64,000 bases of DNA from Octopus bimaculoides (Eukaryota): the NCBI RefSeq assembly GCF_001194135.2, contig NC_068988.1, positions 18,177,166-18,241,165 of the forward strand, read 5' to 3'. Position numbers and translations under genes: made by a program. A model generated the notes under the pieces. The model saw only the letters and a list, made by a program, of their open reading frames with translations, searched no databases and was not told where the DNA came from. This document shows, in pieces, positions 12,221 to 26,263 of this stretch; the first letter of the stretch is position 1; every line of letters starts with the position of its first letter.

Positions 12221-12543
12221 GCATGGCTCAGTGGTTAGAGCATTGAACTTACGATCGTGAGGTTGAGTTCAAATCCCGGACCAGGCTGTGTGTTGCGTTC
12301 TTGAGCAAGACACTATTTCCCATTGCTCCAGTTCACTCAGCTGTAGAAATGATTGCGATGTCACAGGTGCCAAGCTGCATCGGCCTTTGCCTTTCCCTTG
12401 GATAATACTGGTGGTGTGGAAAGGGGAGGCTGGTATGCATGGGTGACTGCTGATCTTCCATAAACAACCTTGCCCGGACTTATGCCTGGCAGGGTAACTT
12501 TCTAGGTGCAATCCCAGGGTCAGTAATGACCGAAGGGGGTCTC
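12221..12543 (+). mobile_element. tRNA-derived SINE with a CORE-like central domain
   Basis: A box tggctcagtgg, B box gagttcaaatcc, then gttcttgagcaagacactatttc...ctccagttcactcagctgtagaaatg resembling the CORE domain. Confidence 0.75.
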
Positions 12544-13482
12544 AGCAATGTTAAGATTGAGAGAAACATGCAATATGTTGATTACTTTAAGTTCAAAGAC
12601 GCTTCAAGATGTCATTGAATATAGTTAAGACGAACTGAAGACAAACAGATTAAAATATCTCCATGAAAGTTTTAAATGTTTCATCTTTTCGATTAGCCAT
12701 AGATTTTTAATGGCAAAAGAAATCTTTTAAAAATATCTAATTTTTTTTAGTTGCTATTTTAGATATATGTATGTTTGTGCATATGAGCTGTGTGTATGCT
12801 AGTGTGGATGTGTTAGATGGGTGTATTTGTGTATATTATATATGTAATATATATATATATGTAATATACATACACATAAATTAGTTTGAGGTAGAGTCAA
12901 TATAGCTATTAAAAACAAATATAGACGGTTTTATTGACTTTTATTTTATCATGATACATAATAATGTAATATATATATTATTAATCAGTCTTTATCTGTT
13001 AAAGCCAGTTGCTGGATAGTTCTTACATAGGCTTTTTTTTATGAGATTTTTCATCTATTTTCCAGTCAGTTTAGTCTTAATAATTCTCTTTATTTCTTTA
13101 TTTGTCATTTTTCTCTTTTCTTCTAAGTTTTAAGATGATGAGTAATTAGAATGTATCATTTTCCCAGTCTTTACTATTTAATACTTTAAACATTTAATTT
13201 TATTGGTATGGTAAGTTTACATTATTTTTTCCATAAATTTATCTTTGATATTATGTGATTGATTTATTAATTATAATATGAGTTTTATGAGTAATTGTTT
13301 GTTGAATTAATCTTCTCACAATTTCTTTGTTATTATATGAATATACATATATGTGTATGTGTGTATATCATGATTTGTTTCATGTTTAATATCTATTATA
13401 TATATATTTGTATTTGTATGTATATAAGTATCACAATTTTCTTCATGTTAAATGAATACATGTCTGTGTTTATGTCTGGTTG

Positions 13483-13513
<31 letters not shown>

Positions 13514-15468
13514 CATATGTTCTTGTACTGTTAATCTGTTCACTGTAAAATATTTATGATGTTTGTCATATTGTTGAGGTTTAGTTCTTTATTTCTATAT
13601 TGTTCTATTATAGAAAAAAGATTTCTATTCAAACTTAAACTTTCCTTGAGACATTAGTTATTAAACGAATACATATAAAGATGAATAGAAACTCGTCATT
13701 AACATTTTCTAAAACTAAACTGTAGTTGTTTCAAGTTGTTATAAACTAACACTATAGATTTATTCCATCATCGTTCCTGAATAATATATTACACAAAATG
13801 AAAGAATTAATCAGAAATATTGAGATCAGCTAGTTCTTTATACTGTATTCTAATGTTTGTTAGAGTGAATCGGTATAAATGGTGGACTATCAAATTAAAT
13901 GTCACATTATTTGGTTTTGGTTCCCTATTTGAGATGACTGAATGGGTCAATGAGAGGAAATGGATCTTACTATAAAACACTTCCAAAGAAAACCTAATCC
14001 ACACCAGCACTGAACAACTGATATTAATCAATGATGATGATAATGATACTAGTAATGATGATGATGACAACTATGATATTGACTTCATGTTTTATCCATC
14101 TGACATCCATGAAATATGTTTCAACTAGGTTTAATAATCTGAAGTCCTTTAAATAACCATATTCTGAGAGATTTATCCAACTGACCTACATTGATACTCA
14201 CCCATATAAAATTTGGATTTGTACAATTAGAATTAATCAATATTTTTTCCATAAGAAAAGTAACAATTATAAAATATTTATGAATAGAAAAGCTGGAGAA
14301 ACACATGGCATTCTTTAAAATTTCTATTAAAGATCACACAAAATACACCATCTCATTAATTGCTCACATCAAATATTAACAGTAATAATAGTTGTAAAGT
14401 AAGAATGGTACTCTTGAAGTTGTAGGCATAAGTGAGCTATTTAGATGCATTTTGCTATTTTCAGGACAAAATAATCAGCTCCACACAAAATTTTAGTGTG
14501 AGAAAAATTATCTGAAAATAAATAGGATTAGGTCTTAGTGTATGTGTGTGTGTGGGGGATGGAGGCACTTTTTAATAGTATTTTTGTTATTTCTTTGGTA
14601 CTAAATTTTTCCTACTGACAGAGATCAGCAGTTTTCAACTTTAATTCAACATATAAATGACTCTCTATACATAAAGCTATACATACATATGTACATGCAT
14701 ACATATGTACAGTATGTGTGCATGTATATGCACACGCATGTATATAAATATATATATATGAAACTAATAGATTTTCTTTCTCAAAAGTATTCATTGAAGA
14801 TGAATTATTCTGAGAATGAAACAATACAGTCCTGAAAGAGTTCTTAATTCAATAAATCCAATTATATTCTCCTCTTCATTCTATGTTTTGAATTGTTTGC
14901 CTTAAATTGTGGCTCTTTCCATTTTGAATGAAAACATGTTATAACAATTATATATAAATGCCTATATACTGGTGTGTGCATATGTATATGTATGTGTTTG
15001 CGTGTGTTGGAAAGCTGAATTATTTCCAGTTACATGCACAAACAGATGCACTAACATATACACATATTCATAAATTTTGCTTTGTTAAGTAATAAATTTA
15101 GAATAGTTATGTGTTAAAGGCCCAGTCTGTTTGGTTCATCTTTCAGATCTTTGAAGATGACCAGGTTATTTTGAAGGTTCTTAGGTGTCTTATTAGGTCA
15201 ATTATGGCATGAAATCCACAATTACAGCAGGGACGCATAATAGCAAAGTCAGAAGCTGGTAGGAATCCTTGCACCCCTCCTAATTTTAACTTCCCTACTC
15301 ATATCTGATACTAAAGGCTTTATTTAATATAGCCAGATTTGAAATGGTTCAGAAGGCAGTGTCATATTACAATTCTTTTATGAGGTGTTAGGTGTGTTTC
15401 ATGGGTGAAAAAAAATGCTAAAGCATATCAAAACTGCTGACCTCTGCAATATATTTGAATGTTATGTC

Positions 15469-15502
<34 letters not shown>

Positions 15503-16539
15503 ATNNNNNNNNNNNNNNNNNNNNNNNNNNNNNNNNNNNNNNNNNNNNNNNNNNNNNNNNNNNNNNNNNNNNNNNNNNNNNNNNNNNNNNNNNNNNNNNN
15601 NNNNNNNNNNNNNNNNNNNNNNNNNNNNNNNNNNNNNNNNNNNNTGTGTGTGTGTGTGTGTGTGTGTATATATGAGAAGGTTGTTTGAAAGAGAACATAT
15701 AAAAACTATATGTAGCAAATTTATGGCAGAATAAAAGTTTTAGTGCATAAATTGAAAAGATATGGATATCACTTATCAGAAACATTGATAATTTTTTCTA
15801 AAATGATTTTAACAAATTATGATATTTGTAGAAGGGAAAGAAAAAATGGATAGAATGTATTTATTGAATTATTATAAGATAGTAACTAAGAATTGTAGTA
15901 GGGTGAAAAATCGAAAAGAAAAGCATATGTTGACATGGAAATGCAAAATGAACAGATAATAACTGTTAAGCTACATGTACATATGAACTGCAGAAGAGAT
16001 AATATAAATGCCAACAAACATATAAAATTAGACTATTAGATTATAATTTTTTTAAATTTCATTTATGATTGATAAGAAATACACATGAAGGTTAATCATG
16101 TCATTCATTGGTGGAGGGTAAAAGACATTGATGACAACAGTGAAAGGTCACAAGTGAGAGCTGAGAAAACTTAAACATTAACTGTTGTTCATTTTGTTCA
16201 TAGAAAGGCAAGACACTACACAACAGTAAATTTACCCAATTTACACGCAACAAACAGATAATTCCTAATGGCACTATCAACAGATACTATCATTAGAGTA
16301 ATGCAAAAGAAAATAGAAGTGTAATTTAACTGCCTGTTTTCTGCTCTTATTTATTTAAAGCAGAGAAGCAATGTAGAAGAGCAACTCAAAGATTAAGTTT
16401 AATGAAGATCATTGAAAGACAAAGATAAGCAAAATACACTTCGAGTTTAACATTAAATTTTAAATTCCAGTTAATTAAGAAGAAAGAGACATTACCAAGA
16501 ACCTTTATAAATTCTCCTTGACTGATGAAATTTCTGCGA

Positions 16540-16620
16540 GTGAGGTTCACTCAGAACATCTGGAGATTAATATTGGCAAGAAAAATGTTTGTGCACAATG
16601 GGGATTCCAAAAGATTACAA
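16540..16620 (+). mobile_element. Possible highly decayed mariner transposase fragment
   Basis: aaaaatgtttgtgcacaatgggattccaaaa resembles the KVCARWVP motif, with a frameshift. Confidence 0.3.
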
Positions 16621-18010
16621 TTCTGCGAAGGAATTATAAAGCAAAGCACAAGATTTGGGAAGTTGACTTGAATAAAAGAAGTTAGTGCATTGGAGGCTTT
16701 ATACATGTCAAAAGCAACAGCACTGTTTCAAGCAAAGTTCTTAAGGAGAAATTACCTTTGGAGCATAACACAAGAAAAAGCTTCCAGCTGATCTAGCTTT
16801 ATAGAAATAATACTGATAGTTCTGAGAAGGGAGAAAGACCTAAGGGAATGAATGAGAGCATTGTTTTCAATAGTTTCTATCACATTTGAGGTGATAGTTG
16901 GAAGGGTAAAAAAGTTTTTTCTGTTTGGAATGAGATAAACTGTAGAATAGATGAAAACTATTTTAAAGAAATCTTTGCTTTATACAGACAAGTGATCTTT
17001 GTCTTTAACAATGTTATAACTTCAAATGGTAGCTACTGGTATGTGTAAAAATAGAAATAAGATAGATTTGTAACTGTAAAAGAAAAAATAGTATCTTCGG
17101 AATTTTATGATAGAATTACTATCCAATTCAAAGACTTTATGTGCTGATTTTTTTTATAGAATCAGTTTAGAAATTTTATGTAAAGTCAATTGTTCAAGAT
17201 AAGCCTGACTCATAAGAACTTTCAACTGTAGAAGTATTGAGAAATTCTTGATAAGGCTATGATGCAAGTTCTCTTTGTGTAGGAGAAAAGGGTGATGATA
17301 ATAATTTAATATGAGAAATTTGGGAGAAATTGATACAGTCAAGGTAAGAGGGAAATATCTAAAAACATTTTTATATCATTTTCTATACTGGCATAGGTTA
17401 AATAATCTATTTTTGTGTGTTGTTAAAGCATCTGTTTTATAGTTGGATAACTTTATTCACATTAATTGCTCCACTGTGAAATTGAGATAATGTTTAAGTT
17501 TTAATTTAAATTAATGAAAAGAAATGACACCAGGGAAAACTCATGCCAAAGATAAGACTTAACTCAAAACCTTAGAATCAATAGTTCATTATTTGAACAA
17601 ATCAGCCATCAAACCTACTTAAGTAAAAATTTAATTTCACTAACTTATCTCATGTAAACTTACTGTCAACAGGTTAGACAGCAAAAGTTACACTCCAATT
17701 GATTTACTAAGCTTATTGTTAAAAACAAAATGAAACAAAAAAAAAAATAAATAAATAAATCAGCTTGCCAAATTAATTATTTTGAGCTGAAAGTCTTGGC
17801 CAAAGATTAGCAATAAAAGTGAAAAGATTACAGAAACCAATCCTCCACACAAAAAATTAATCAAAAACTGTTGACAAAAGTTTGTTTTTGATATATAATT
17901 AGAACTTTGAACCAGTATTTAGTATATGGGGAAATTACATACTTTCCTAAAGTACTTAGACTTAAACATAATTTTGCTCCTTATAATTAATAATATAACT
18001 ATACTCCTCA

Positions 18011-18224
18011 GGGTGGCAAGTTAGCAGAACCATTAGCACACTAGGTAAAATGCTTAGCAGCATTTCGTCTGTCTTTACATTCTGAGTTCAAATTCCACTG
18101 AGGTCAACTTTACCTTTCAAACTTTTGGGGGTTGATAACATAGGAACTAGTTGAGTACTGGGATCTATGTAATCGACTAACTCCTCTCCCGAAATTGATG
18201 GACTTGTACAAAAATTTGAAGCCA
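18011..18224 (+). mobile_element. SINE family C
   Basis: A-box-like ggcaagttagcagaa, B box ctgagttcaaattcc, body ...gatgtaatcgactaa...aaaatttgaa; related fragments at about 4520-4620 and 4690-4820. Confidence 0.65.
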
Positions 18225-18676
18225 CTATAAATATATTCCATGATAGCAAGGTCAGAGGTTCTCAAAAAATATTTGCTGAAAGTCAAACTTAGTTTACATT
18301 TAGTTTAGTAAATTATGTAATATAATGAACAAAATTTATTTCTTCCAAATGAATATTATGAATAGCAATTATATCAAAGAGATTAAATGCTTGCTTTAGT
18401 AGAATCAATGAAGCTCTGACAAAGCTATTAATGGATTGTACCTTATTTCCTTTTTCCTTATTAACGTTTTTACATCCATTTTTTTGATAGTGAAATACTT
18501 TTCAAATGGTCCTGTAAATTAAGGCACTTACACTAATTAGTTGCAGAAGCAAATTACTGTAGCTAACTATCCTGTTAATGTCATCTGAATAGTGAGATGA
18601 GAAGAGAAGCAGTTGTTTGGCTTAGTAGGCTATGGTTAGATATATATATATATACCTAATGAAAGGTCAAAAAACA

Positions 18677-18816
18677 AAGGGCATCCAGCTGTAGAAACTC
18701 TGCCAAATCAGATTGGAGCCTGGTGTAGCCATCTGGTTTCACCAGTCCTCAGTCAAATCGTCCAACCCATGCTAGCATGGAAAGCGGACGTTAAACGATG
18801 AAGATGATGATGATGA
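18677..18816 (+). mobile_element. Family D retroelement 3' end with (GAT)n tail
   Basis: About 3 mismatches over about 125 nt to the reverse complement of 30213-30345; ends ccatgctagcatggaaagcggacgttaaacgatg. Confidence 0.88.
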
Positions 18817-19137
18817 GGATACATATATTGGGGTTTTAATTTAATATTTATGAGCTTATAACCCTGAGCATTATCAATTCAGACAATGTAATGTACTTGT
18901 TTTGAAGTGCTTTAGAAAGATCTGGTAGCGAATATGTTAACTTTCAGTCAATGTAGAAATCCTTTATTACACCGCCTGTTGAAACAGAAAGCAGGAAGAT
19001 AAACTTATGTCTGTGTGTGCTTATGGTTCTTTACATATGTCTCTATAAAATACTGATACAGCCTGTAAAACAATACTTTGACTAAGAGGTAGATGAGATC
19101 CTAACTACTCTCATATATTCATAGACATCACTCCTTA

Positions 19138-19211
<74 letters not shown>

Positions 19212-20235
19212 GGATATATATATAAGTAACTGATGCAGAAGAATGAAAGGCATGCTAAGATCAGAATTCCAAGCATCACTGAAAAGGTAAAAACAAACAA
19301 GCACCTGTCTCATCAACACAATTTTTCTTAACACTCAAGAATTCTCCTTGTACACCCTTCAAAACTCTTCCAGCAAAGATGATTTGCTAACATACGATAT
19401 AACTTTCATATACCTTTCTGAACTAAAACTGCCTTGTAAAAACTATTCACCTGTCAACTGTTTGTAAAAGTTATATATGACAGACTGAATGCAAACAACA
19501 GTGTAGTGTGATAAGAAAAAAGAACTTTGTGTATTACATTTTATATAACCATTGTAGAGCAAGATCCAAGACAAAACTCAACCTTGGCATATTTTACTGT
19601 GTTAGATGAGATTTCACATCTCAAGGTTTTAATTGACTGCAGAGATGTAAATGTTACTTAACAAAAATAATATTTTGTTTTCAACATAAAAGTTATACTT
19701 CCCATCTTCTATCTTGAAAATAAAGTAAACAAACATTGTACATCAATAAAAGATGAAATAAAACAAAATGTAAGCATTGCCTGATTTTGTATCTGTTTCT
19801 TACATGTAATTAATCTGTAATCACCCACACTTGTGTTAGGTTTGATATTTTGAGGTTCTATTACATACATCTAAATCCTTGGCATTCATATTTTCATAAC
19901 ATTATCTCTGTGTTAATTCACGTGTCACTAATGTTCTAACATAAAACAATTAAACCCTTTGCAATTTGATGATAGCTTTTGAAAATTCTATAAACACCTA
20001 CTTAGGAGCAACAGTATATTTTCTTTCGTAAATTGTTAGGATGTATGTTGTATTATTGCTAAAAACACTCTAGTAATTTACTCACATCTACAACACATAC
20101 ATACAGGGTGATTCAAAAACCCTTTCCCTGTTTCTGTGGTTGTCACATCCTTCACAGTCTGCAAAGTAATATTGAGAGGACCATAAGGATATCTATGCCT
20201 GCTCATGACTACACAAAGACCTCAAATAATTAGGA

Positions 20236-20476
20236 CAGTAGTTCTCAACTGTTTTTTTTTTGGTGGGGGGGTTACCTCTGAACCCCTGTCATTATGTAAA
20301 ACATAAGAAAAAGAAATCTAGCTGTTTCTTGCAATAAATACATCAACAGGAAAATTCTTTCATGGACCCATAATATACTACCATGGGTCCCCAATTTACT
20401 ATTTTGCTTGTGTGGACCCTCAAAAGTCTTATATGGATCCCTAGGGGGTCCTATGGATCCCTGTTGAGAACCACTG
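20236..20476. mobile_element. hAT (Charlie/MER5-like) MITE
   Basis: TIRs CAGTAGTTCTCAAC (20236-49) and GTTGAGAACCACTG (20463-76); 8-bp TSD-like flanks aattagga / aattagag. Confidence 0.85.
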
Positions 20477-20984
20477 AATTAGAGAATACATGGTACATAT
20501 TACCAAGTCATATTTGATGCTTGTATTGTGTGTCTCTATACCATCAGCAAGAAGAGCATCATTTCAGTGTTCACTTGGTCAGGTGGAATTCAGTGATGTC
20601 AGATTCCCTTCCTGTCATCAGCTCTCACTTGTTTCCTAGCAAGCCAATATTTCCCCATATCCAGACAAATTTTCACAAATGACAAGAAATAAGGGACTTG
20701 TATGACAGTGTTGCTTGTTTATAACTATCCCATGATGTCTAGACAAAGAGATACAAGCACACACACACACGCATATATATATATGTATACATATAAGGAA
20801 CATAAGACAAGGTAGAAAATACTAAAATAATTTTATCATGGGGGAAATTTTAGTACCAATTTCAGTCATTGCAACCTTTACAATTCAGAGTAAAGCATGA
20901 AAAACAATTAAATTGTGGAAAAATTAAATGAAATGTTTTTTGTTTTTTTAATATTTCCATAGTTTTCAAATATTAAGGACATTT

Positions 20985-21022
<38 letters not shown>

Positions 21023-21137
21023 TTTTGTGAAGACTTGGCAAGTAGATAGCAGCAGGTTTGAAGGAATATTTAATATAAGGGATGTGAGTTCTTAGTTTTG
21101 ATTGTTTAAGCAGCAGTAGCCAAGGAAGGAGATAGTG

Positions 21138-21181
21138 AAGAAGAAGAAGAAGAAGAAGAAGAAGAAGAAGAAGAAGAAGAG
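21138..21181. repeat. (GAA)n trinucleotide repeat
   Basis: Direct reading. Confidence 0.95.
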
Positions 21182-21366
21182 AAAGAATAAGAGAAATATG
21201 GGAGTGGTATGACAGTAAGAGGTTGTTGGTGAAATGCTCATAAATGGTAAAGTGACCTAAACGTGACCTGATGTGGTTATGGTAGTAGTGATTGGAATTG
21301 TCCTGTCTGTTTCAGGGAGTGGAGTTCTCTTTGGAACAGGGTCAACATTTTACAGTGTAAAACAAC

Positions 21367-21650
21367 TTCATATGTGCTTCAGAAAACCTAATATATGTAT
21401 TAACTTGCTGAGGGTGTTGAGATCAATACATAGGCCAAACCAAAAACAGTCTACACCAAAGGATGACATTACATAGATCCCAGATTAAAATTCAAGAATA
21501 CAGTAAAATAGCACTCAGTGAACACATCGACATTTGCACCACTAATGAACAGCCCAACTTCAGAATTTTTCCTCCTCTATAAATTTAGGGACGATGCAAC
21601 CTATAATCAGCAGTAATTTTTTTATCGCAAAATATAAACCCTTTTTGAAT
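21367..21650 (+). pseudogene. Penelope-like element GIY-YIG endonuclease remnant
   Basis: In-frame translation from 21367: FICASENLIYVLTC*GC*DQYIGQTKNSLHQRMTLHRSQIKIQEYSKIALSEHIDICTTNEQPNFRIF, then a frameshift to ...KYKPFLN. Missed by the ORF track because of two TGA stops. Confidence 0.85.
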
Positions 21651-22023
21651 GTCTCCACCATAAATGACACTACTACAAGGGCTTTAGAATAACACCCATG
21701 CAAATATTAAAGAAGATATATTCAGAACAGCACAATTCCAATCACTACTATTATAACAACAACAGGTCACTTGACCTTTTTAGAGAATTCCATCAACATC
21801 CTACTACTGTCATACCACTCCTATATTTTTCTTATTCTTTCTCTTCTTTTCTTCTTCTTTTCTCTTTTTACTCCCTCTTCTTGTTTTTCTTCTTCTTCAT
21901 CTTCTTCATCATCTCCTTCCTTGGCCACTGCCTCTTAAACAATCAAAACCAAGAACTCACATCCCTCATATTAAATATTCCTTCAGACCTGCTGCTATCT
22001 ACCTGCCAAGCGTTCACAAAATT

Positions 22024-22060
<37 letters not shown>

Positions 22061-22286
22061 CAGAAAGAAAAAAGGAAAATGTCCCTAATATTTGAAAGCT
22101 ATAGAAATGTTTTAAAAAAACATTTCATTTAATTTTTCCACAATTTAATTGTTTTTCATGCTTCACTCAAAGTTGAAAAAGTCGCAAAGACTGAAACTGG
22201 TGCTAAAATGTTCTTCATGATAAAATTATTTTAGCATTTTCTACCTTGTCCTATTTTCTTTATACATATCAACTCGTGTGTTACTT

Positions 22287-22338
<52 letters not shown>

Positions 22339-22349
22339 AACACACATAC

Positions 22350-22498
22350 AAATGGCTTCTTTGGGTTTCCATCCATTCACAAGGCTTTGGGTTGGCCTGG
22401 GCTAGAGTAGACAGTTGCACAAGGTGTTACACAATGAAACTAAATCTGAAACCATGTGGTTAGAAGTGAAATTCTTAATCACTCAGCCATACTGTGCC
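22350..22498 (-). mobile_element. SINE B 5' half, decayed
   Basis: cattcacaaggctttggg...gaaaccatgtggtt...cagccat aligns with family B. Confidence 0.65.
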
Positions 22499-22803
22499 AT
22501 ACATATGTGTGTGTGTGCGTGTGTGTGCATCTGTTGCTTCCTTCATCATGCCTGACACCAGAGCTTACTCTGTTGCAAGTATTCAGGATAAATCTTCCTC
22601 TGTTGTATGATAGCTAAAGGGTCATGAGTGCTGCCTTTCTTCCAGACTAAAAGATAAAGATCAAAGAATACAGCATCAGCTACATACAAAGGTATATAGT
22701 AAAAAAAAAAAAAACTTGCATGCACATGCTCACACACACATATGCAAACTATAAAAAAATTAGCATTACCAGACCTCTCTCCACTTTCTCTCTTTACCTT
22801 CCA

Positions 22804-22855
<52 letters not shown>

Positions 22856-24147
22856 CCTGTCCCTTCTCTCTTTTTCTCTCTTCATGTACCTTACCTGTTT
22901 CGCAGGCATCAGTGACTGTGGACTTCCATGGTAAAGAAGTTCAAAAGTTTTGGGTAGTATGGTATTATCCCTAAATCATCACTACTTGCAGGTCTGCTCT
23001 GACCTAGGATGGTTCTTATTAAAGGCTCCAGTTATGGGTCAAATGGCAGATGTTCTTTGAGTTAATGCACACAAAACTCAGAAGAGGGCTAACCCCAAGA
23101 CACATGTCTCATGGGTCCACTAATGTGTGTAACATACCCTCATGTCACATGAACAAGTCCTCCTGCCTAGAGTTAAATAGGCTCTATTTCTCAAGGGTAA
23201 GCTAAAGTTCCAACACAAATCATGTATCTTCAGACTTTGACATGGAGGTCCATGAAGGCTGACACATGTAAAATAAGCATGGCACTTGAAAAGAGAGTCA
23301 GACATACAGACAGACAAAGAGAAAGACAGGCAGACAGAGACAGAGAGACAAAGAGACAGAGATTACAAGTACTTTAAGAAAAGCATCTTCATATAAATTC
23401 TAACAGTATTTGAGACATTTATTTATTGCATATTCTTTCTTTCTCTTTTCTTATTTTCTCAATTCAAAAACTTGATGACACTGTATTCAGATAATCTTTC
23501 CTACTCTTTTCAGCTTGTCTTGTCCATATCATTCATTTACAAAAATAAATAAATATCAAGAAAAAGTAAATTAGAAAAGCAAGTAAGATGTACTAATAAC
23601 TGTAGACTCAGTAACAGTGCTACATAGTAAATTCGATCAATACCTGGCTACTACATGCGATCTATTCATGCCAGTCTCTCCACCACCACCTAAAATTAAC
23701 ATGGCAGCCATCACTGATTCTGTCATATACGAACAGCCAAGCTAAGCTAAGCAACCAGCCAGCCGAACAATATCAGTCATCAAACATATATGCTTGTTAA
23801 ATTCTAGCATTTTCTTTCTTTCCCTATGTATCCATCTATCAGTCTATGTATCTACCTATCTAATCTATCTATTTTGTATGTATGTTTATCTAGATCTATC
23901 TACCTACCTATATATATATATATATATATANNNNNNNNNNNNNNNNNNNNNNNNNNNNNNNNNNNNNNNNNNNNNNNNNNNNNNNNNNNNNNNNNNNNNN
24001 NNNNNNNNNNNNNNNNNNNNNNNNNNNNNNNNNNNNNNNNNNNNNNNNNNNNNNNNNNNNNNNNNNNNNNNNNNNNNNNNNNNNNNNNNNNNNNNNNNNN
24101 NNNNNNNNNNNNNNNNNNNNNNNNNNNNNNNNNNNNNNNNNNNNNNN

Positions 24148-24216
<69 letters not shown>

Positions 24217-24518
24217 AGCATGTGTGAGTGCGTTTGTGATTATATGCATGGATGTTCTTATGTTTACTTACGGACATATCTATACATGTGTGTATGTGTC
24301 TGTGTATGTATATAAGTATGACTACATATATCTATATATGTACACACATACACATACACATTCACACATACATATACTTGCAATTACATAGACATTCAAT
24401 TGCACACACACATATCCACCCCTTTTTATCATCTTTTCCACTATCGTAGATTTATTCTTCTATTTTTTTCTCTGTTGCTCTTCTTGTTATCACGGCAGCC
24501 ATTGCTGCATGCATTATA

Positions 24519-24556
24519 ATTGCTATGGAAGATTCTGATCTAGTTGCCATGGCAAT
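24519..24556. promoter_or_regulatory. Pair of RFX X-box-like sites
   Basis: GTTGCCATGGCAAT (24543-56; 13/14 match to the palindrome GTTGCCATGGCAAC) and ATTGCTATGGAAGA (24519-32). Confidence 0.35.
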
Positions 24557-24696
24557 AGATCCACTTGATGGAGAGTAAGAAACTGCTGTGAAGCAACAGT
24601 AACAAGTGAGTCGGCCATCTTTAATAAGGCTTATGTTTAATTTTCAATCAAAATGAAAATCTGAATTAATTTATTATACTTATTCTTTTTATTCAG

Positions 24697-24745
<49 letters not shown>

Positions 24746-25326
24746 NNNNNNNNNNTATATATACGCACATGTGTGCGCACACTCATACATGCCTGCATGA
24801 GATTAAACTAATCTAAAGAAAATATGTTTAACAAATATAAAAAAAAAATACTTGTCATTATTGCTGGTGGACTGAGGGCTGGGTGGAATGGTTGTTCTTT
24901 TAAGAAGTGCAGAAAATAGAAAATGGTATTTTGTAATACCTAACAAATACTTTCAGCGGTAGCAATTATTAACTGCTAATATAGTTAAATAGCTCTCCAT
25001 TGATTTCTTCGTTTAAAAATAGGTTGCATCAAATATCTGCAATTTAGTGTGCATATTTTTCATGCATATTTCAGTATTGACCATAAATATTTGCTATCTA
25101 ACACTATATCATAGCATTTTTTTTTTTAATTGAATTAATATTCATTGGGTTCATGCTCCAGTTTTGTAGTGCATAGGTAAGAGAGTATATGAGACCTAAT
25201 ACGAAATTAATGATATTACCTTTGGACAAATGAAACTAATTTGAATATCACTGAACATGATATCAAATTGATATTATGGCTATTAGACACTCTGTGCAAA
25301 TTCATAATCCATCATTTAAACCTACT

Positions 25327-25556
25327 TTAATCCTTTCTTTTGACGTCAACCTGGCTGAAACCACCTTTGGCTCTGTAGTACAAATGTCTTGTTTTCGAAA
25401 GTTCTGAATTAAAGTCTTCCACCAAACCTTAGAATTCATGTTCCTAAGACTAGCTTAATGATAACTAAGTTATTTTACTAAATTCTTTGTTATATTCAAA
25501 ATTAATTGAAAGAAACACAGAGCATATCAACAGAAGTATGGTAACAAAAGGGTTCA
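25327..25556. mobile_element. piggyBac-like MITE
   Basis: Termini TTAA-TCCTTT and AAAGGG-TTCA, each one substitution from TTAA-CCCTTT/AAAGGG-TTAA; related copy at 196-458. Confidence 0.6.
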
Positions 25557-25615
25557 TTTTTAGTTTTATTTAAAACTTAATCTATGGAGAAATAATTAAA
25601 TTTGCCATGTTTGTA

Positions 25616-25823
25616 CAAGAGGATGCTGAAAAGTTCTTGGCTTTCAGTAAAAGAAAATACAGGAGGTTAATTATATTATCGGTTAATTATATTATTCAAC
25701 ATATTACCCTCTTGGATTCACACTCTTATTGCAGCGGTCCTTCGGTTTTCCTAAGCCCTGTAAAAGAACTCAAAATGCTGAGCCTCCAACCAGGCCTTTC
25801 ATGACCTTTTCAGCACCCCTTCA
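25616..25823. mobile_element. Mariner-type non-autonomous element
   Basis: TA-caagaggatgctgaaaag ... cttttcagcaccccttca-TA: TIRs with TA target duplication. Confidence 0.78.
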
Positions 25824-25832
25824 TATGGCTAT

Positions 25833-26263
25833 ACTCTTTTACTCTTTTACTTGTTTCAGTCATTTGACTGCGGCCATGCTGGAGAATCGCCTTTAGTCGA
25901 GTAAATTGACCCCAGGACTTATTCTTTGGAAGCCTAGTACTTATTCTATCGGTCTCTTTTGCCGAACTGCTAAGTTACGGGGACGTAAACACACCAGCAT
26001 GTTGGGGGGGGGGGGACACAGACATACGAACATATATGCATGCACACACACACACAAACACATATATATATATACATATATATATATACATATACATATA
26101 TACGACAGGCTTCTTTCAGTTTTCCGTCTACCAAATCCACTCACAAGGCTTTAGTCAGCCCGAGGCTATAGTAGAAGACACTCGCCCAAGGTGCCATGCA
26201 GTGGGGATGAACCCAGAATCATGTGGTTGACAAGCAAGCTACTTACCACACAGCCACTCCTGC
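25833..26263 (-). mobile_element. SINE family B, full length
   Basis: Reverse complement of 50510-50905, with an expanded internal (CA/TA) tract. Confidence 0.92.

Noticed and set aside
14616-15445. Short inverted match aaaactgctga(t/c)ctctg at about 14617 and 15426
   Set aside because: Only about 18 bp, with no TSD or internal homology to define an element.
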